Shown: in pieces, positions 61,514 through 64,000 of the stretch
Position numbering within the stretch: position 1 is the stretch's first letter
How the letters are laid out: the number at the start of each line of letters is the position of its first letter
NCBI GenBank assembly: GCA_020725055.1
Contig: DYFS01000001.1
Coordinates: forward strand, 275 to 64,274
Length of the DNA: 64,000 nt
DNA from: Candidatus Hadarchaeum sp.
Lineage (GTDB): Archaea > Hadarchaeota > Hadarchaeia > Hadarchaeales > Hadarchaeaceae
Direction of reading: 5' to 3'
Notes under the pieces: model-generated
Seen by the model: only the letters and a program-made list of their open reading frames with translations
The model's database searches: none
Told to the model about the DNA's origin: nothing
Position numbers and translations under genes: made by a program

Positions 61514-62308
61514 TCAACGTTCTTTTATACCCGCTGGCAAGCGCGCTAGCACCGAAACCCTGAATTTCCGCCGCCCACCGCGCTCGCGCCCGATGAGCTT
61601 CGCCGTCTCGCTGATCTCCGCATTAAACCCCTTCTTCAACACCTCCGCCATCCCCCTTGCCAAGCTCAGGGAGCTGACGTAAAAATCGAGCCCCTCAGGC
61701 CTCTCCTCAATTTTTGAGATGAAAATCGAGCGATCGCTCGCGCTCACCTCACCCGCACGGGCCTCAAGCATTTTCCTTATCCAGGTGATTTCGCCCTTTG
61801 GTAGCCTCTCCTCGCCCCTTACCTGCAAAATCGCCTCGTAATAACCGGCGCTGATGAGGCTGCAAACATCACACGTGGTTTGCTTGAGCTCGATGGTGAC
61901 CAGCGCTCGGTCGACGCTCGGCTCTGTCTGTAGTTCATGGATTTTCCCGCGCGCGTGGATTTCAACGAGGGCCTCCCGCGCGGCCGGTTTCACCTCGAGA
62001 CGCAGCTCGACCCCCTTTGCCTCCCCCACGCGGGTGAACTGCAGGCCCTCGCTGGTGAGCTTTGCGAGGCGCAGGGCTTGGTACACCGCCGCTTTCGCCG
62101 CCTCCGAGCTTGTGGCCCCCGTGACGCTAGGCACCTGCCACCTATTCCCGTTCAGGTACGAACCGCACCTCTTGCACACGCTCACATCGGTTTTCTGGGG
62201 GGCGCGAATCAAACGGTGCTCGCTCGCAAAGCATCTTTGGCATAGCCCTTGGATGAGCGGGCCTTTCTCCGCCTCGAGCGCGCCGCACCTGTAGCAAAAG
62301 CGCCGCAT
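61514..62308 (-). CDS. nmd3: archaeal NMD3-like protein (60S export adaptor homolog)
   Basis: 264 aa. N-terminal 2x CxxC zinc knuckles (CYRCG..CQRC..CKRCGSY) followed by NMD3 OB-like region. Confidence 0.65.
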   Translation of the reverse strand: MRRFCYRCGALEAEKGPLIQGLCQRCFASEHRLIRAPQKTDVSVCKRCGSYLNGNRWQVPSVTGATSSEAAKAAVYQALRLAKLTSEGLQFTRVGEAKGVELRLEVKPAAREALVEIHARGKIHELQTEPSVDRALVTIELKQTTCDVCSLISAGYYEAILQVRGEERLPKGEITWIRKMLEARAGEVSASDRSIFISKIEERPEGLDFYVSSLSLARGMAEVLKKGFNAEISETAKLIGRERGGRRKFRVSVLARLPAGIKER

Positions 62309-62360
62309 TTAACCACACTAAAATATGCTCGGCGGCTTAAAAGTCGGTTGCTCTTAAATC

Positions 62361-62416
62361 TCGGACTGGAGAGTTCGGACTGGGGAGTCCGGACTGGGGG
62401 GTCCGAACTGGGGTGT
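62361..62416 (+). repeat. four tandem 14-nt direct repeats (consensus TCGGACTGGGGAGT) in divergent promoter region
   Basis: tcggactggagagt tcggactggggagt ccggactggggggt ccgaactggggtgt, immediately 5' of CTTTATAAA (62422-62430) and ATG 62462. Confidence 0.8.
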
Positions 62417-62421
62417 TCTTT

Positions 62422-62430
62422 CTTTATAAA
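62422..62430 (+). promoter_or_regulatory. TATA-box-like CTTTATAAA for HTH gene
   Basis: 32-40 nt upstream of ATG 62462. Confidence 0.35.
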
Positions 62431-62461
62431 CCCCCTTCACCCAAAGCATCGGCGGGAAGAG

Positions 62462-62827
62462 ATGGATGAAATGTTTGAGCATCTTTGTGAGCACTTGAGC
62501 AGGGACGCGAGGCACGAACTCGTTGGATTGCTGCTCGAAAAGCTCGGCGCTACGACAAAACTTGCGGCAGAACTTGAAATTACCGAAAGAGCAGTTAGAA
62601 AGTGGATGCTGCGCTTGACCCACCCATCGAACATGCACCTTCAGTTGATTCTCAAGCTGGCACTTCAACTCGATAGGCAGCGGACTAACGAGATTGTCGG
62701 GCAAGACCTTTTGGATTTCTCGAATGCCGTCAAACCCACGCTCGAAAACACGCTGCCACATCCAGCAGGGGAAATCCATCAACCTATATCCAGACCATCT
62801 GCGCATGAGGTACGTTCCGAATCCTGA
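62462..62827 (+). CDS. small helix-turn-helix domain protein
   Basis: 121 aa from MDEMFEH. Helix-turn-helix-like segment TTKLAAELEITERAVRKWM. Longer upstream ORF portion covers the repeat array and is unlikely to be coding. Competes with antisense ORF 62354-62833, judged less protein-like. Confidence 0.4.
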   Translation: MDEMFEHLCEHLSRDARHELVGLLLEKLGATTKLAAELEITERAVRKWMLRLTHPSNMHLQLILKLALQLDRQRTNEIVGQDLLDFSNAVKPTLENTLPHPAGEIHQPISRPSAHEVRSES

Positions 62828-63074
62828 CAACATTTGCTGGGTCTATAAAGCCGGCCTTGATCGCGTGCTCAACGATTGAGCCGACGAGGTTCGCCACCGT
62901 GGCCTCCCGGAGCGCGGCTATGCAATCCCCGATGCTTGCCTCCCCACCGCCGTAGAAACCCTCGTCGATCTTCAACCTGAACTCACCTTGCCTGAACTCC
63001 TTTCCGAGTAACTTGGCATCGCAAATCGCAACGAGTACTTTTCCCCGCGTCCGCACTACCCTTAGCAACGGCAT
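62784..63074 (-). CDS. hypothetical small conserved archaeal protein (DUF424-like?)
   Basis: About 96 aa from MPLLRVVRTRGKVLVAICDAKLLGKEF. 4-nt gap to aIF2-beta upstream. Family assignment tentative. Confidence 0.35.
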   Translation of the reverse strand: MPLLRVVRTRGKVLVAICDAKLLGKEFRQGEFRLKIDEGFYGGGEASIGDCIAALREATVANLVGSIVEHAIKAGFIDPANVVRIRNVPHAQMVWI

Positions 63075-63075
63075 C

Positions 63076-63483
63076 TCACACGCTCCGCACCGAAGCGCGG
63101 GCACCGCACGCCTCACAGCGCAACATGTAGACGCGCTCTTTCCTGACGAGCTTGGTGTCTGGGCCCCCGCACTCGCGGCAGGTGACGAACTCCTCGACGT
63201 AGCGCTTTACCCGGTCGTCGATGACCCCCTTCGTGAATTTTCCTTGGAAGACGGCTTGGTGGCCATCGATGTTTCCAGCCGCGCCAAGCTCGCGCAACAG
63301 GTACTTCATCATGTGCTCCGGCTCGCGGTTCAGGGCGCTCGCTATCCCCTTGAAATTTCGCAGTGTGGTGCGGTTGCCGATGATGATCGCCTCAGCCTCT
63401 GGGATTTGGAACCTGCCCTTCTCGAAGACCGCTTTTGGTATTTGCTCCAAGGCGCGATCGAGCTGCCTTTCGTAATCCTCCAA
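63076..63483 (-). CDS. eif2b: translation initiation factor aIF-2 beta subunit
   Basis: 135 aa. Conserved core NFKGIASALNREPEHMMKYLLRELGAAG. C-terminal C4 zinc ribbon CRECGGPDT..CEACGA. Confidence 0.85.
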   Translation of the reverse strand: MEDYERQLDRALEQIPKAVFEKGRFQIPEAEAIIIGNRTTLRNFKGIASALNREPEHMMKYLLRELGAAGNIDGHQAVFQGKFTKGVIDDRVKRYVEEFVTCRECGGPDTKLVRKERVYMLRCEACGARASVRSV

Positions 63484-63487
63484 CCGC

Positions 63488-63985
63488 TCACCCCAAACGC
63501 CTGAACCTGCCCACGCGCGGCTCGAATATCTCGCCGCCTGCTATCAACACGCACAGTGCGTCGTCGACAAGATTTTGTCCGAGGTTCAGCTCCGCGGAGA
63601 TATCCGTCGGCGAAACCCCATCGCCCTTGTCGAGCTTGTCGAATGCGAGCAGCACCTTTTTCTTGACCTCGTCGGGCACCTCTGGCAGCGGCTCCTCCAA
63701 CTCCCCTTCCTCACCCTCGATTCGCTCGACGAGCACCTGCTGCTGTGGCACCTCTAGCTCAAGCCTCCTGACCTCGAACTCGGCTTTTCTAAATTGTGGC
63801 CGCTTGCCCTCCTTGAAAAGCTGCTTTCGCGTGCGGAGCACCTCGAGCTCCCGCACGACTTCCCAATTCGGATCTTCAACTTTAACGACGATGTCCGGAA
63901 CGAGGTATATCTCGCCCCCGTACTCACGGACGCGCCCAATCACGTCAACGAGATCCCCGACGTTTATGCCCGCTACCCTGGGCAC
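63488..63985 (-). CDS. OB-fold + winged-helix protein, RPA32-like (possibly N-terminally truncated by window edge)
   Basis: 165 aa. OB-fold end INVGDLVDVIGRVREYGGEIYLVPDIVVKV. Acidic linker. C-terminal wH (GVSPTDISAELNLGQNLVDDALCVLIAGGEIFEP). Confidence 0.4.
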   Translation of the reverse strand: MPRVAGINVGDLVDVIGRVREYGGEIYLVPDIVVKVEDPNWEVVRELEVLRTRKQLFKEGKRPQFRKAEFEVRRLELEVPQQQVLVERIEGEEGELEEPLPEVPDEVKKKVLLAFDKLDKGDGVSPTDISAELNLGQNLVDDALCVLIAGGEIFEPRVGRFRRLG

Positions 63986-64000
63986 GTCTTGGCGCCATGC

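Noticed and set aside
62361-62416. CRISPR array
   Set aside because: Units are only 14 nt, directly tandem with no spacers. No cas genes nearby.
62354-62833. Minus-strand 159-aa ORF antisense to the HTH gene
   Set aside because: Trp/Phe/Cys-rich, no domain features, and it spans the tandem-repeat/promoter region. Plus-strand HTH reading judged more plausible, though neither is certain.

Overview
Archaeal chromosomal segment, roughly 58-60% GC, dense in housekeeping genes. Gene content looks euryarchaeal: SepCysS, GTP cyclohydrolase III ArfA, aRF1, aIF1A, aIF2-beta, topoisomerase VI, S17e, NMD3, and an ITS tRNA-Ala. Main contents: (1) a sulfur/cysteine locus at 652-8493: MA1821/MA1822-type homocysteine synthesis genes, SepCysS, SufCBD, a convergent tRNA-Cys, Thi4, a LarE-like PP-loop ATPase and a putative COG2122/UPF0280 gene. 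(2) ValRS, MetRS, UMP kinase, aRF1, an SAH-deaminase/SAHH-like operon, FtsZ, ArfA, a MiaB-like methylthiotransferase, ThiDN, S17e. (3) A minus-strand rRNA operon tRNA-His - 16S - tRNA-Ala(UGC) - 23S with no linked 5S. (4) An Nre + radical-SAM (SPL-like) two-gene module followed by a lower-GC accessory islet: VapBC-like TA pair, tRNA-Leu, a metallopeptidase gene broken by an in-frame TAG, a LAGLIDADG endonuclease remnant, tRNA-Glu, tRNA-Met/Ile2(CAU). (5) Topo VI B/A, the aIF1A-Rio1-dcd-KH cluster, two divergent LeuA/CimA paralogs, an ilvBNC-ilvD-leuCD-leuB operon interrupted by a 0.9-kb AT-rich insert, NMD3, aIF2-beta. The most unusual signal is the tRNA complement. Six of nine tRNA genes carry introns. 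Three have non-canonical or multiple introns: tRNA-Asn with three (D-loop, anticodon, T-loop; 196-nt gene), tRNA-Glu with two, tRNA-His with one in the T-loop. That load is typical of Thermoproteales/TACK-like lineages, not of euryarchaea. No CRISPR array and no intact transposon or integrase is present. All boundaries were called by eye and are approximate.
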